The translations under genes and the position numbers were made by a program. A stretch of DNA of 45,328 nt from Naegleria gruberi (lineage: Eukaryota). Location: NCBI GenBank assembly GCA_000004985.1, contig GG738941.1, one strand, 5' to 3'. Each line of letters starts with the position of its first letter. The first letter of the stretch is position 1. The notes under the pieces were generated by a model, which was not told the origin of the DNA, made no database searches, and worked only from the letters and a program-made list of their open reading frames with translations. This document shows, in pieces, positions 11,401-24,500 of the stretch.

Positions 11401-14400
11401 NNNNNNNNNNNNNNNNNNNNNNNNNNNNNNNNNNNNNNNNNNNNNNNNNNNNNNNNNNNNNNNNNNNNNNNNNNNNNNNNNNNNNNNNNNNNNNNNNNNN
11501 NNNNNNNNNNNNNNNNNNNNNNNNNNNNNNNNNNNNNNNNNNNNNNNNNNNNNNNNNNNNNNNNNNNNNNNNNNNNNNNNNNNNNNNNNNNNNNNNNNNN
11601 NNNNNNNNNNNNNNNNNNNNNNNNNNNNNNNNNNNNNNNNNNNNNNNNNNNNNNNNNNNNNNNNNNNNNNNNNNNNNNNNNNNNNNNNNNNNNNNNNNNN
11701 NNNNNNNNNNNNNNNNNNNNNNNNNNNNNNNNNNNNNNNNNNNNNNNNNNNNNNNNNNNNNNNNNNNNNNNNNNNNNNNNNNNNNNNNNNNNNNNNNNNN
11801 NNNNNNNNNNNNNNNNNNNNNNNNNNNNNNNNNNNNNNNNNNNNNNNNNNNNNNNNNNNNNNNNNNNNNNNNNNNNNNNNNNNNNNNNNNNNNNNNNNNN
11901 NNNNNNNNNNNNNNNNNNNNNNNNNNNNNNNNNNNNNNNNNNNNNNNNNNNNNNNNNNNNNNNNNNNNNNNNNNNNNNNNNNNNNNNNNNNNNNNNNNNN
12001 NNNNNNNNNNNNNNNNNNNNNNNNNNNNNNNNNNNNNNNNNNNNNNNNNNNNNNNNNNNNNNNNNNNNNNNNNNNNNNNNNNNNNNNNNNNNNNNNNNNN
12101 NNNNNNNNNNNNNNNNNNNNNNNNNNNNNNNNNNNNNNNNNNNNNNNNNNNNNNNNNNNNNNNNNNNNNNNNNNNNNNNNNNNNNNNNNNNNNNNNNNNN
12201 NNNNNNNNNNNNNNNNNNNNNNNNNNNNNNNNNNNNNNNNNNNNNNNNNNNNNNNNNNNNNNNNNNNNNNNNNNNNNNNNNNNNNNNNNNNNNNNNNNNN
12301 NNNNNNNNNNNNNNNNNNNNNNNNNNNNNNNNNNNNNNNNNNNNNNNNNNNNNNNNNNNNNNNNNNNNNNNNNNNNNNNNNNNNNNNNNNNNNNNNNNNN
12401 NNNNNNNNNNNNNNNNNNNNNNNNNNNNNNNNNNNNNNNNNNNNNNNNNNNNNNNNNNNNNNNNNNNNNNNNNNNNNNNNNNNNNNNNNNNNNNNNNNNN
12501 NNNNNNNNNNNNNNNNNNNNNNNNNNNNNNNNNNNNNNNNNNNNNNNNNNNNNNNNNNNNNNNNNNNNNNNNNNNNNNNNNNNNNNNNNNNNNNNNNNNN
12601 NNNNNNNNNNNNNNNNNNNNNNNNNNNNNNNNNNNNNNNNNNNNNNNNNNNNNNNNNNNNNNNNNNNNNNNNNNNNNNNNNNNNNNNNNNNNNNNNNNNN
12701 NNNNNNNNNNNNNNNNNNNNNNNNNNNNNNNNNNNNNNNNNNNNNNNNNNNNNNNNNNNNNNNNNNNNNNNNNNNNNNNNNNNNNNNNNNNNNNNNNNNN
12801 NNNNNNNNNNNNNNNNNNNNNNNNNNNNNNNNNNNNNNNNNNNNNNNNNNNNNNNNNNNNNNNNNNNNNNNNNNNNNNNNNNNNNNNNNNNNNNNNNNNN
12901 NNNNNNNNNNNNNNNNNNNNNNNNNNNNNNNNNNNNNNNNNNNNNNNNNNNNNNNNNNNNNNNNNNNNNNNNNNNNNNNNNNNNNNNNNNNNNNNNNNNN
13001 NNNNNNNNNNNNNNNNNNNNNNNNNNNNNNNNNNNNNNNNNNNNNNNNNNNNNNNNNNNNNNNNNNNNNNNNNNNNNNNNNNNNNNNNNNNNNNNNNNNN
13101 NNNNNNNNNNNNNNNNNNNNNNNNNNNNNNNNNNNNNNNNNNNNNNNNNNNNNNNNNNNNNNNNNNNNNNNNNNNNNNNNNNNNNNNNNNNNNNNNNNNN
13201 NNNNNNNNNNNNNNNNNNNNNNNNNNNNNNNNNNNNNNNNNNNNNNNNNNNNNNNNNNNNNNNNNNNNNNNNNNNNNNNNNNNNNNNNNNNNNNNNNNNN
13301 NNNNNNNNNNNNNNNNNNNNNNNNNNNNNNNNNNNNNNNNNNNNNNNNNNNNNNNNNNNNNNNNNNNNNNNNNNNNNNNNNNNNNNNNNNNNNNNNNNNN
13401 NNNNNNNNNNNNNNNNNNNNNNNNNNNNNNNNNNNNNNNNNNNNNNNNNNNNNNNNNNNNNNNNNNNNNNNNNNNNNNNNNNNNNNNNNNNNNNNNNNNN
13501 NNNNNNNNNNNNNNNNNNNNNNNNNNNNNNNNNNNNNNNNNNNNNNNNNNNNNNNNNNNNNNNNNNNNNNNNNNNNNNNNNNNNNNNNNNNNNNNNNNNN
13601 NNNNNNNNNNNNNNNNNNNNNNNNNNNNNNNNNNNNNNNNNNNNNNNNNNNNNNNNNNNNNNNNNNNNNNNNNNNNNNNNNNNNNNNNNNNNNNNNNNNN
13701 NNNNNNNNNNNNNNNNNNNNNNNNNNNNNNNNNNNNNNNNNNNNNNNNNNNNNNNNNNNNNNNNNNNNNNNNNNNNNNNNNNNNNNNNNNNNNNNNNNNN
13801 NNNNNNNNNNNNNNNNNNNNNNNNNNNNNNNNNNNNNNNNNNNNNNNNNNNNNNNNNNNNNNNNNNNNNNNNNNNNNNNNNNNNNNNNNNNNNNNNNNNN
13901 NNNNNNNNNNNNNNNNNNNNNNNNNNNNNNNNNNNNNNNNNNNNNNNNNNNNNNNNNNNNNNNNNNNNNNNNNNNNNNNNNNNNNNNNNNNNNNNNNNNN
14001 NNNNNNNNNNNNNNNNNNNNNNNNNNNNNNNNNNNNNNNNNNNNNNNNNNNNNNNNNNNNNNNNNNNNNNNNNNNNNNNNNNNNNNNNNNNNNNNNNNNN
14101 NNNNNNNNNNNNNNNNNNNNNNNNNNNNNNNNNNNNNNNNNNNNNNNNNNNNNNNNNNNNNNNNNNNNNNNNNNNNNNNNNNNNNNNNNNNNNNNNNNNN
14201 NNNNNNNNNNNNNNNNNNNNNNNNNNNNNNNNNNNNNNNNNNNNNNNNNNNNNNNNNNNNNNNNNNNNNNNNNNNNNNNNNNNNNNNNNNNNNNNNNNNN
14301 NNNNNNNNNNNNNNNNNNNNNNNNNNNNNNNNNNNNNNNNNNNNNNNNNNNNNNNNNNNNNNNNNNNNNNNNNNNNNNNNNNNNNNNNNNNNNNNNNNNN

Positions 14401-17400
14401 NNNNNNNNNNNNNNNNNNNNNNNNNNNNNNNNNNNNNNNNNNNNNNNNNNNNNNNNNNNNNNNNNNNNNNNNNNNNNNNNNNNNNNNNNNNNNNNNNNNN
14501 NNNNNNNNNNNNNNNNNNNNNNNNNNNNNNNNNNNNNNNNNNNNNNNNNNNNNNNNNNNNNNNNNNNNNNNNNNNNNNNNNNNNNNNNNNNNNNNNNNNN
14601 NNNNNNNNNNNNNNNNNNNNNNNNNNNNNNNNNNNNNNNNNNNNNNNNNNNNNNNNNNNNNNNNNNNNNNNNNNNNNNNNNNNNNNNNNNNNNNNNNNNN
14701 NNNNNNNNNNNNNNNNNNNNNNNNNNNNNNNNNNNNNNNNNNNNNNNNNNNNNNNNNNNNNNNNNNNNNNNNNNNNNNNNNNNNNNNNNNNNNNNNNNNN
14801 NNNNNNNNNNNNNNNNNNNNNNNNNNNNNNNNNNNNNNNNNNNNNNNNNNNNNNNNNNNNNNNNNNNNNNNNNNNNNNNNNNNNNNNNNNNNNNNNNNNN
14901 NNNNNNNNNNNNNNNNNNNNNNNNNNNNNNNNNNNNNNNNNNNNNNNNNNNNNNNNNNNNNNNNNNNNNNNNNNNNNNNNNNNNNNNNNNNNNNNNNNNN
15001 NNNNNNNNNNNNNNNNNNNNNNNNNNNNNNNNNNNNNNNNNNNNNNNNNNNNNNNNNNNNNNNNNNNNNNNNNNNNNNNNNNNNNNNNNNNNNNNNNNNN
15101 NNNNNNNNNNNNNNNNNNNNNNNNNNNNNNNNNNNNNNNNNNNNNNNNNNNNNNNNNNNNNNNNNNNNNNNNNNNNNNNNNNNNNNNNNNNNNNNNNNNN
15201 NNNNNNNNNNNNNNNNNNNNNNNNNNNNNNNNNNNNNNNNNNNNNNNNNNNNNNNNNNNNNNNNNNNNNNNNNNNNNNNNNNNNNNNNNNNNNNNNNNNN
15301 NNNNNNNNNNNNNNNNNNNNNNNNNNNNNNNNNNNNNNNNNNNNNNNNNNNNNNNNNNNNNNNNNNNNNNNNNNNNNNNNNNNNNNNNNNNNNNNNNNNN
15401 NNNNNNNNNNNNNNNNNNNNNNNNNNNNNNNNNNNNNNNNNNNNNNNNNNNNNNNNNNNNNNNNNNNNNNNNNNNNNNNNNNNNNNNNNNNNNNNNNNNN
15501 NNNNNNNNNNNNNNNNNNNNNNNNNNNNNNNNNNNNNNNNNNNNNNNNNNNNNNNNNNNNNNNNNNNNNNNNNNNNNNNNNNNNNNNNNNNNNNNNNNNN
15601 NNNNNNNNNNNNNNNNNNNNNNNNNNNNNNNNNNNNNNNNNNNNNNNNNNNNNNNNNNNNNNNNNNNNNNNNNNNNNNNNNNNNNNNNNNNNNNNNNNNN
15701 NNNNNNNNNNNNNNNNNNNNNNNNNNNNNNNNNNNNNNNNNNNNNNNNNNNNNNNNNNNNNNNNNNNNNNNNNNNNNNNNNNNNNNNNNNNNNNNNNNNN
15801 NNNNNNNNNNNNNNNNNNNNNNNNNNNNNNNNNNNNNNNNNNNNNNNNNNNNNNNNNNNNNNNNNNNNNNNNNNNNNNNNNNNNNNNNNNNNNNNNNNNN
15901 NNNNNNNNNNNNNNNNNNNNNNNNNNNNNNNNNNNNNNNNNNNNNNNNNNNNNNNNNNNNNNNNNNNNNNNNNNNNNNNNNNNNNNNNNNNNNNNNNNNN
16001 NNNNNNNNNNNNNNNNNNNNNNNNNNNNNNNNNNNNNNNNNNNNNNNNNNNNNNNNNNNNNNNNNNNNNNNNNNNNNNNNNNNNNNNNNNNNNNNNNNNN
16101 NNNNNNNNNNNNNNNNNNNNNNNNNNNNNNNNNNNNNNNNNNNNNNNNNNNNNNNNNNNNNNNNNNNNNNNNNNNNNNNNNNNNNNNNNNNNNNNNNNNN
16201 NNNNNNNNNNNNNNNNNNNNNNNNNNNNNNNNNNNNNNNNNNNNNNNNNNNNNNNNNNNNNNNNNNNNNNNNNNNNNNNNNNNNNNNNNNNNNNNNNNNN
16301 NNNNNNNNNNNNNNNNNNNNNNNNNNNNNNNNNNNNNNNNNNNNNNNNNNNNNNNNNNNNNNNNNNNNNNNNNNNNNNNNNNNNNNNNNNNNNNNNNNNN
16401 NNNNNNNNNNNNNNNNNNNNNNNNNNNNNNNNNNNNNNNNNNNNNNNNNNNNNNNNNNNNNNNNNNNNNNNNNNNNNNNNNNNNNNNNNNNNNNNNNNNN
16501 NNNNNNNNNNNNNNNNNNNNNNNNNNNNNNNNNNNNNNNNNNNNNNNNNNNNNNNNNNNNNNNNNNNNNNNNNNNNNNNNNNNNNNNNNNNNNNNNNNNN
16601 NNNNNNNNNNNNNNNNNNNNNNNNNNNNNNNNNNNNNNNNNNNNNNNNNNNNNNNNNNNNNNNNNNNNNNNNNNNNNNNNNNNNNNNNNNNNNNNNNNNN
16701 NNNNNNNNNNNNNNNNNNNNNNNNNNNNNNNNNNNNNNNNNNNNNNNNNNNNNNNNNNNNNNNNNNNNNNNNNNNNNNNNNNNNNNNNNNNNNNNNNNNN
16801 NNNNNNNNNNNNNNNNNNNNNNNNNNNNNNNNNNNNNNNNNNNNNNNNNNNNNNNNNNNNNNNNNNNNNNNNNNNNNNNNNNNNNNNNNNNNNNNNNNNN
16901 NNNNNNNNNNNNNNNNNNNNNNNNNNNNNNNNNNNNNNNNNNNNNNNNNNNNNNNNNNNNNNNNNNNNNNNNNNNNNNNNNNNNNNNNNNNNNNNNNNNN
17001 NNNNNNNNNNNNNNNNNNNNNNNNNNNNNNNNNNNNNNNNNNNNNNNNNNNNNNNNNNNNNNNNNNNNNNNNNNNNNNNNNNNNNNNNNNNNNNNNNNNN
17101 NNNNNNNNNNNNNNNNNNNNNNNNNNNNNNNNNNNNNNNNNNNNNNNNNNNNNNNNNNNNNNNNNNNNNNNNNNNNNNNNNNNNNNNNNNNNNNNNNNNN
17201 NNNNNNNNNNNNNNNNNNNNNNNNNNNNNNNNNNNNNNNNNNNNNNNNNNNNNNNNNNNNNNNNNNNNNNNNNNNNNNNNNNNNNNNNNNNNNNNNNNNN
17301 NNNNNNNNNNNNNNNNNNNNNNNNNNNNNNNNNNNNNNNNNNNNNNNNNNNNNNNNNNNNNNNNNNNNNNNNNNNNNNNNNNNNNNNNNNNNNNNNNNNN

Positions 17401-20400
17401 NNNNNNNNNNNNNNNNNNNNNNNNNNNNNNNNNNNNNNNNNNNNNNNNNNNNNNNNNNNNNNNNNNNNNNNNNNNNNNNNNNNNNNNNNNNNNNNNNNNN
17501 NNNNNNNNNNNNNNNNNNNNNNNNNNNNNNNNNNNNNNNNNNNNNNNNNNNNNNNNNNNNNNNNNNNNNNNNNNNNNNNNNNNNNNNNNNNNNNNNNNNN
17601 NNNNNNNNNNNNNNNNNNNNNNNNNNNNNNNNNNNNNNNNNNNNNNNNNNNNNNNNNNNNNNNNNNNNNNNNNNNNNNNNNNNNNNNNNNNNNNNNNNNN
17701 NNNNNNNNNNNNNNNNNNNNNNNNNNNNNNNNNNNNNNNNNNNNNNNNNNNNNNNNNNNNNNNNNNNNNNNNNNNNNNNNNNNNNNNNNNNNNNNNNNNN
17801 NNNNNNNNNNNNNNNNNNNNNNNNNNNNNNNNNNNNNNNNNNNNNNNNNNNNNNNNNNNNNNNNNNNNNNNNNNNNNNNNNNNNNNNNNNNNNNNNNNNN
17901 NNNNNNNNNNNNNNNNNNNNNNNNNNNNNNNNNNNNNNNNNNNNNNNNNNNNNNNNNNNNNNNNNNNNNNNNNNNNNNNNNNNNNNNNNNNNNNNNNNNN
18001 NNNNNNNNNNNNNNNNNNNNNNNNNNNNNNNNNNNNNNNNNNNNNNNNNNNNNNNNNNNNNNNNNNNNNNNNNNNNNNNNNNNNNNNNNNNNNNNNNNNN
18101 NNNNNNNNNNNNNNNNNNNNNNNNNNNNNNNNNNNNNNNNNNNNNNNNNNNNNNNNNNNNNNNNNNNNNNNNNNNNNNNNNNNNNNNNNNNNNNNNNNNN
18201 NNNNNNNNNNNNNNNNNNNNNNNNNNNNNNNNNNNNNNNNNNNNNNNNNNNNNNNNNNNNNNNNNNNNNNNNNNNNNNNNNNNNNNNNNNNNNNNNNNNN
18301 NNNNNNNNNNNNNNNNNNNNNNNNNNNNNNNNNNNNNNNNNNNNNNNNNNNNNNNNNNNNNNNNNNNNNNNNNNNNNNNNNNNNNNNNNNNNNNNNNNNN
18401 NNNNNNNNNNNNNNNNNNNNNNNNNNNNNNNNNNNNNNNNNNNNNNNNNNNNNNNNNNNNNNNNNNNNNNNNNNNNNNNNNNNNNNNNNNNNNNNNNNNN
18501 NNNNNNNNNNNNNNNNNNNNNNNNNNNNNNNNNNNNNNNNNNNNNNNNNNNNNNNNNNNNNNNNNNNNNNNNNNNNNNNNNNNNNNNNNNNNNNNNNNNN
18601 NNNNNNNNNNNNNNNNNNNNNNNNNNNNNNNNNNNNNNNNNNNNNNNNNNNNNNNNNNNNNNNNNNNNNNNNNNNNNNNNNNNNNNNNNNNNNNNNNNNN
18701 NNNNNNNNNNNNNNNNNNNNNNNNNNNNNNNNNNNNNNNNNNNNNNNNNNNNNNNNNNNNNNNNNNNNNNNNNNNNNNNNNNNNNNNNNNNNNNNNNNNN
18801 NNNNNNNNNNNNNNNNNNNNNNNNNNNNNNNNNNNNNNNNNNNNNNNNNNNNNNNNNNNNNNNNNNNNNNNNNNNNNNNNNNNNNNNNNNNNNNNNNNNN
18901 NNNNNNNNNNNNNNNNNNNNNNNNNNNNNNNNNNNNNNNNNNNNNNNNNNNNNNNNNNNNNNNNNNNNNNNNNNNNNNNNNNNNNNNNNNNNNNNNNNNN
19001 NNNNNNNNNNNNNNNNNNNNNNNNNNNNNNNNNNNNNNNNNNNNNNNNNNNNNNNNNNNNNNNNNNNNNNNNNNNNNNNNNNNNNNNNNNNNNNNNNNNN
19101 NNNNNNNNNNNNNNNNNNNNNNNNNNNNNNNNNNNNNNNNNNNNNNNNNNNNNNNNNNNNNNNNNNNNNNNNNNNNNNNNNNNNNNNNNNNNNNNNNNNN
19201 NNNNNNNNNNNNNNNNNNNNNNNNNNNNNNNNNNNNNNNNNNNNNNNNNNNNNNNNNNNNNNNNNNNNNNNNNNNNNNNNNNNNNNNNNNNNNNNNNNNN
19301 NNNNNNNNNNNNNNNNNNNNNNNNNNNNNNNNNNNNNNNNNNNNNNNNNNNNNNNNNNNNNNNNNNNNNNNNNNNNNNNNNNNNNNNNNNNNNNNNNNNN
19401 NNNNNNNNNNNNNNNNNNNNNNNNNNNNNNNNNNNNNNNNNNNNNNNNNNNNNNNNNNNNNNNNNNNNNNNNNNNNNNNNNNNNNNNNNNNNNNNNNNNN
19501 NNNNNNNNNNNNNNNNNNNNNNNNNNNNNNNNNNNNNNNNNNNNNNNNNNNNNNNNNNNNNNNNNNNNNNNNNNNNNNNNNNNNNNNNNNNNNNNNNNNN
19601 NNNNNNNNNNNNNNNNNNNNNNNNNNNNNNNNNNNNNNNNNNNNNNNNNNNNNNNNNNNNNNNNNNNNNNNNNNNNNNNNNNNNNNNNNNNNNNNNNNNN
19701 NNNNNNNNNNNNNNNNNNNNNNNNNNNNNNNNNNNNNNNNNNNNNNNNNNNNNNNNNNNNNNNNNNNNNNNNNNNNNNNNNNNNNNNNNNNNNNNNNNNN
19801 NNNNNNNNNNNNNNNNNNNNNNNNNNNNNNNNNNNNNNNNNNNNNNNNNNNNNNNNNNNNNNNNNNNNNNNNNNNNNNNNNNNNNNNNNNNNNNNNNNNN
19901 NNNNNNNNNNNNNNNNNNNNNNNNNNNNNNNNNNNNNNNNNNNNNNNNNNNNNNNNNNNNNNNNNNNNNNNNNNNNNNNNNNNNNNNNNNNNNNNNNNNN
20001 NNNNNNNNNNNNNNNNNNNNNNNNNNNNNNNNNNNNNNNNNNNNNNNNNNNNNNNNNNNNNNNNNNNNNNNNNNNNNNNNNNNNNNNNNNNNNNNNNNNN
20101 NNNNNNNNNNNNNNNNNNNNNNNNNNNNNNNNNNNNNNNNNNNNNNNNNNNNNNNNNNNNNNNNNNNNNNNNNNNNNNNNNNNNNNNNNNNNNNNNNNNN
20201 NNNNNNNNNNNNNNNNNNNNNNNNNNNNNNNNNNNNNNNNNNNNNNNNNNNNNNNNNNNNNNNNNNNNNNNNNNNNNNNNNNNNNNNNNNNNNNNNNNNN
20301 NNNNNNNNNNNNNNNNNNNNNNNNNNNNNNNNNNNNNNNNNNNNNNNNNNNNNNNNNNNNNNNNNNNNNNNNNNNNNNNNNNNNNNNNNNNNNNNNNNNN

Positions 20401-20461
20401 NNNNNNNNNNNNNNNNNNNNNNNNNNNNNNNNNNNNNNNNNNNNNNNNNNNNNNNNNNNNN
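8434..20461. other. Assembly gap (12028 N)
   Basis: Run of n. The ORF-track entries 8384..20509, 8410..21597 and 8421..20465 are artefacts spanning it. Confidence 1.
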
Positions 20462-21539
20462 ACAATCTGAATCATATAAACACTCTCTTGTACAATAAGA
20501 ATCACACATTTAGGATAACCAGTTATCGTATTGTAACAATAGTTAGTACTAGAACACGAATAAGGTGTAGCAGTACATTGATGGTAAGTTGATTCAGAAC
20601 TTTTAGTTTCACAAATTCCAGTACCTTTTCCAACACATTCCAGATCATTCACACATTCTGGAGCACAAATACCATTAGTACAAGAGGTATAACCAGTTTT
20701 TGTACATTCTGAACTATTGGAACAAGTTTTGGCGACACAATGTTGAGTTGTAATATCACAAACAGGCTTTCCATTAGTACCACATTCAATATCTGAAACA
20801 CACTCTGGTTTACATCTTCCAGTTGTCATATCACAAGTTGGTTTCTTTGGATCTATAGTACACATGTAATTTGCAAGGCATTCCTTAGTACAAACTTTTG
20901 AGGTCGGATTACAATATGAATAACCAGTATAAATACAATCAGAATCAGATGAACAAGGTAGCTCAACACATCTACCCTTAGATGTACTACAGAGATTGTA
21001 ATTGCTTCCCTTAATATTAGGAGCACAATCAGTGTTATTGTAACATTCAGGAAGACAACGATACTTTGTCATATCTTCCTTTAAGGAGCAAAATGGTTTT
21101 GGTTCGCTACAATCAGTATCAGCTGTACACTCCCTTCCGCATTTCTTTCCACTGTTACAGAAAGTAAAACCTTTTACAGTACAATCTGTATCAGCTGAAC
21201 AAGTTTTTTCAGTACAGACTTGGTTGACACATTCACTTTTTCCAATAGACAGGCCCTTTTCAACACAATCGTCATTAGTTAAACAGTCCGGTACACATGT
21301 ACGATAAGTTGAATCCATTTTAGTAGAACACTTTGGACGATCAGGAGTTGAACTACATTCCCAATTGGCAAAACATTGAGGAAGACAAGTTTTTTCTTGG
21401 AATGTTACATATCCGGATGGGAAGGCAATTTCTACATTTGGACCACGACAAACTGCTGCTCCTGGCAATGTACAATTCGAATCACTTGAACAAAGATTAG
21501 CCTTGCATTTGTATTTCACAGGTTGGGTAAACACCAACT
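20462..21539 (-). CDS. Cysteine-rich repeat region, 4 Cys per ~36 aa with a C-x-x-[DN]-[ST]-[DN]-C motif. It is the probable continuation of the upstream 1716-aa ORF after a +1 frame break, and is truncated by the gap
   Basis: Open frame from the gap edge to ~21597. It has no ATG near its 5' end; the track's M is a GTG. It encodes the same repeat type as the C-terminus of ORF 21497..26647 (KCKANLCSSDSNC..., CLPQCFANWEC..., CVPDCLTNDDC...). Confidence 0.5.
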
Positions 21540-24500
21540 GTTGATTTATCGATTCCTCTTTGTTCACAGTCAGTATTATTAAAACAAGCAGGTACACAAA
21601 CTTTTTGGTATGACTCTCCGGTAGGATCTGAAGTGCATGATGTTAAATATTTGTTATTATTGGATAGAGTTTGACAGCTGTCATCAGTCCAACATCCTCT
21701 AAGGTGTCCACATTTACCTGAATTACAACTTGGTAAAAGAGGATTCTTCTTAGTACAATAGTCAGAAATTCCATTTTCACTACATTCTTCAACGCAATAT
21801 CCATACAAAAATACAGCCGGATCAGTTTGACATCTTGGAGAAGTTTTTTGACTAGCACAATCACTGTCACTGTGACAGACAATACTACACTTTCCATCCG
21901 TACATTTTGGTAATGCATAGTTAGTAGTACATTCAAAATCGTATTGACATGCAACATAACCACATAAACCTTCTGAGCTACAGAGTGGTTTTTCAGGATC
22001 GAGAGTTTTACAATAAGAATTGGATGAACATTTTACAACACATTCGGTTCCATCCCAAACATATCCAGAGGCACATTTCATACAAGTAATTCTATCTTCA
22101 CCACAAACATCGCATTGGGTAGTGTTACCTGTAACACAGGATTTTACACACTTACGATATTCAGCAGTATTGTTTGGATTTGAACCGCATCTCTCAAAAC
22201 CAAATTCTTTACAATTGGTATGATTAGTACATTCAACTTCACAAGTACCAATATTAGTACATTTGGAATAATGATACGGATAACAATCAGAAGTGGCAGA
22301 ACAGCTTACACTGGAACAGTTAAAGGTTGTGAGATCACATTTAGGTGTTCCAGTAAATGGAGAGTCACAATCAGCATTACTTTTACAATTCTTGTACAAA
22401 CATCTGTGATAGGTTTCAATATTTGTCTTATCAGAACCACACTCAAAGTATTTACTACTTCCAACTGGACAATCCTTACTTTCCAAACATTCATTTCTAC
22501 AAATTGAATTATTACATTGAGAATATCCATAACTTTGACATTGGGTGTCATTTGCACAAGAGTACATTTTACAGCCACCATCGGAACAATAATGTTTTCC
22601 AATTGAGGTACAATTTTCATTTGATGTACATTCAGGAACACATTTTCCGTAACTGCCATCAGCACTCATTTTACATTTTGGTGTTGGTGAACTACATTGG
22701 CTATCTTGCATACATTCAGCAACGCATCTACCTTTGTAAGTGACATAGATGTCAATATCGACACATTTTGGGAAGTTTGGATCAGTACAAGGTGAAGCAT
22801 AATTTGGCCAACAAGTATCTTCGCGACACCATTTATATGAAGTAACGGTGGTATCGTATTCAGATTCTCTTGTAGTTCCACAATATTTCTTTCCATAAAT
22901 AGGACAATCACTAGTTGTTTCACAAAGTCTTCTTTCACATGTTTTACCTTTGAATCCTAAAGGACAAACACATGTTTCACTTCCGTCCTTATAGTGGAAA
23001 CATGTACCATTGTTTTCACAAGTTAAGGTTGAACAAGGAGTTTGAATTTCACAATATTGTCCAGAATATCCATTTGTACATGTTGTACAAGTATTATAAC
23101 CAGTACACTTTCCTCTTCCTGAACAAACTCTTTTTGAATCCAAGGCAGAAATACCATTACATTGGTCAACACAAGTGTTTGGAGCAATGCACATCTTTGT
23201 TCCATTACAAACACTAGCATTATTGGAAGGAATTCCATCACAAATTGGAATTTCACAATTTGATCCTGTCCAGGTTTCATTACAGCTACAATCATCATTA
23301 TCAACACAAGCACCACGACCAGAACAAACAGAAGCATTATTCGAAAGAATGGAGAAACAACTGAAATCTGAGCATTCACTACCATAGGCTCCTTCATTAC
23401 ATGAACAAACATTATTTGCTGTACAATTACCAGAACCAGAACATACAGAGCTATTACTTTGAGAAATTCCAAAACAAACCGGCTCAGTTACATTACAATT
23501 ACTTCCTTTCCATCCAAGATTACAATAACACTTATCAGTACAAACACCATTACCAGAACAAACCAATGTGCTTGTGCTTGGAATACCTGAACAACTTGCA
23601 AGACATACTTCCTTTGAGTGTTCGTAAAAACATACATAATTTGATGAGGCACAAGTTGTATTAACACAAGGAATTGATAATTCACAATTAACCCCATATC
23701 TACCATAATGGCATGAACAATTGTTCATTGAAACACATGTTCCTTCTCCAGAGCAAACATTAGCATTGGAAGCTGGAATCTTTGAACAAATAGGTTCACA
23801 AGTATTTGGTCCAATGCATTTAGCATCATTACCAAACATAGTACAACCAGCACTTCCATAACAAGTATAATTTTGACACATATTTCCAGTATATCCATCT
23901 TGACATGAACACATATCTGGTTTAACACATGTTCCGTGACCACTGCAAACAGCAGAGCTTAAAGAGCTGTTTCCATAACAGGAATACTCAGTGCAATCAT
24001 AACCACTATATCCAGGAAGACATGAACACTGTGTTAACTCCAAATTTAATTCTACATTAGTGTATCTACTACAATTACCACCATTACATGATAAATAACT
24101 AGCTGCTGGAACACCCTCACAAATAAGAGAGCAAGTTGCTTGATCAATATAGGTTTCAGAAACACATCCCTTTAATTGGGCAATATTGATATATTTAAGC
24201 TTGTTGTCAAAGAAATACAAATCATTTCCATAAAAGAAAATATCAAGAATATCAGAACCAGCCCCTCCAAAAACAACCTGAGAGAAGCTGCCACCAGAAA
24301 ATTTGCTAATTTGTTGTGCACCATATGTGTACAGCTCTCCAGCTGGATTGAATCTGAAATAAGAACCTGGACAACTCTCAGCTACTAACGTAGCACCACT
24401 TGCTTGACCAGGAGTCCAACTGTAAAGATCGGAATTCAAATGATACAATTTACCATTAAAATAGCGCAAAAATCCAAGAGCATAATCAGTTGATTCAGGT

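Noticed and set aside
1076-21597. Very long ORFs in the track (1803, 1788, 4041, 4395 and 4014 aa) translated as poly-X
   Set aside because: They run through N-gaps (1100-6455, 8434-20461). Only their short non-N ends contain real sequence, so they are not genes.
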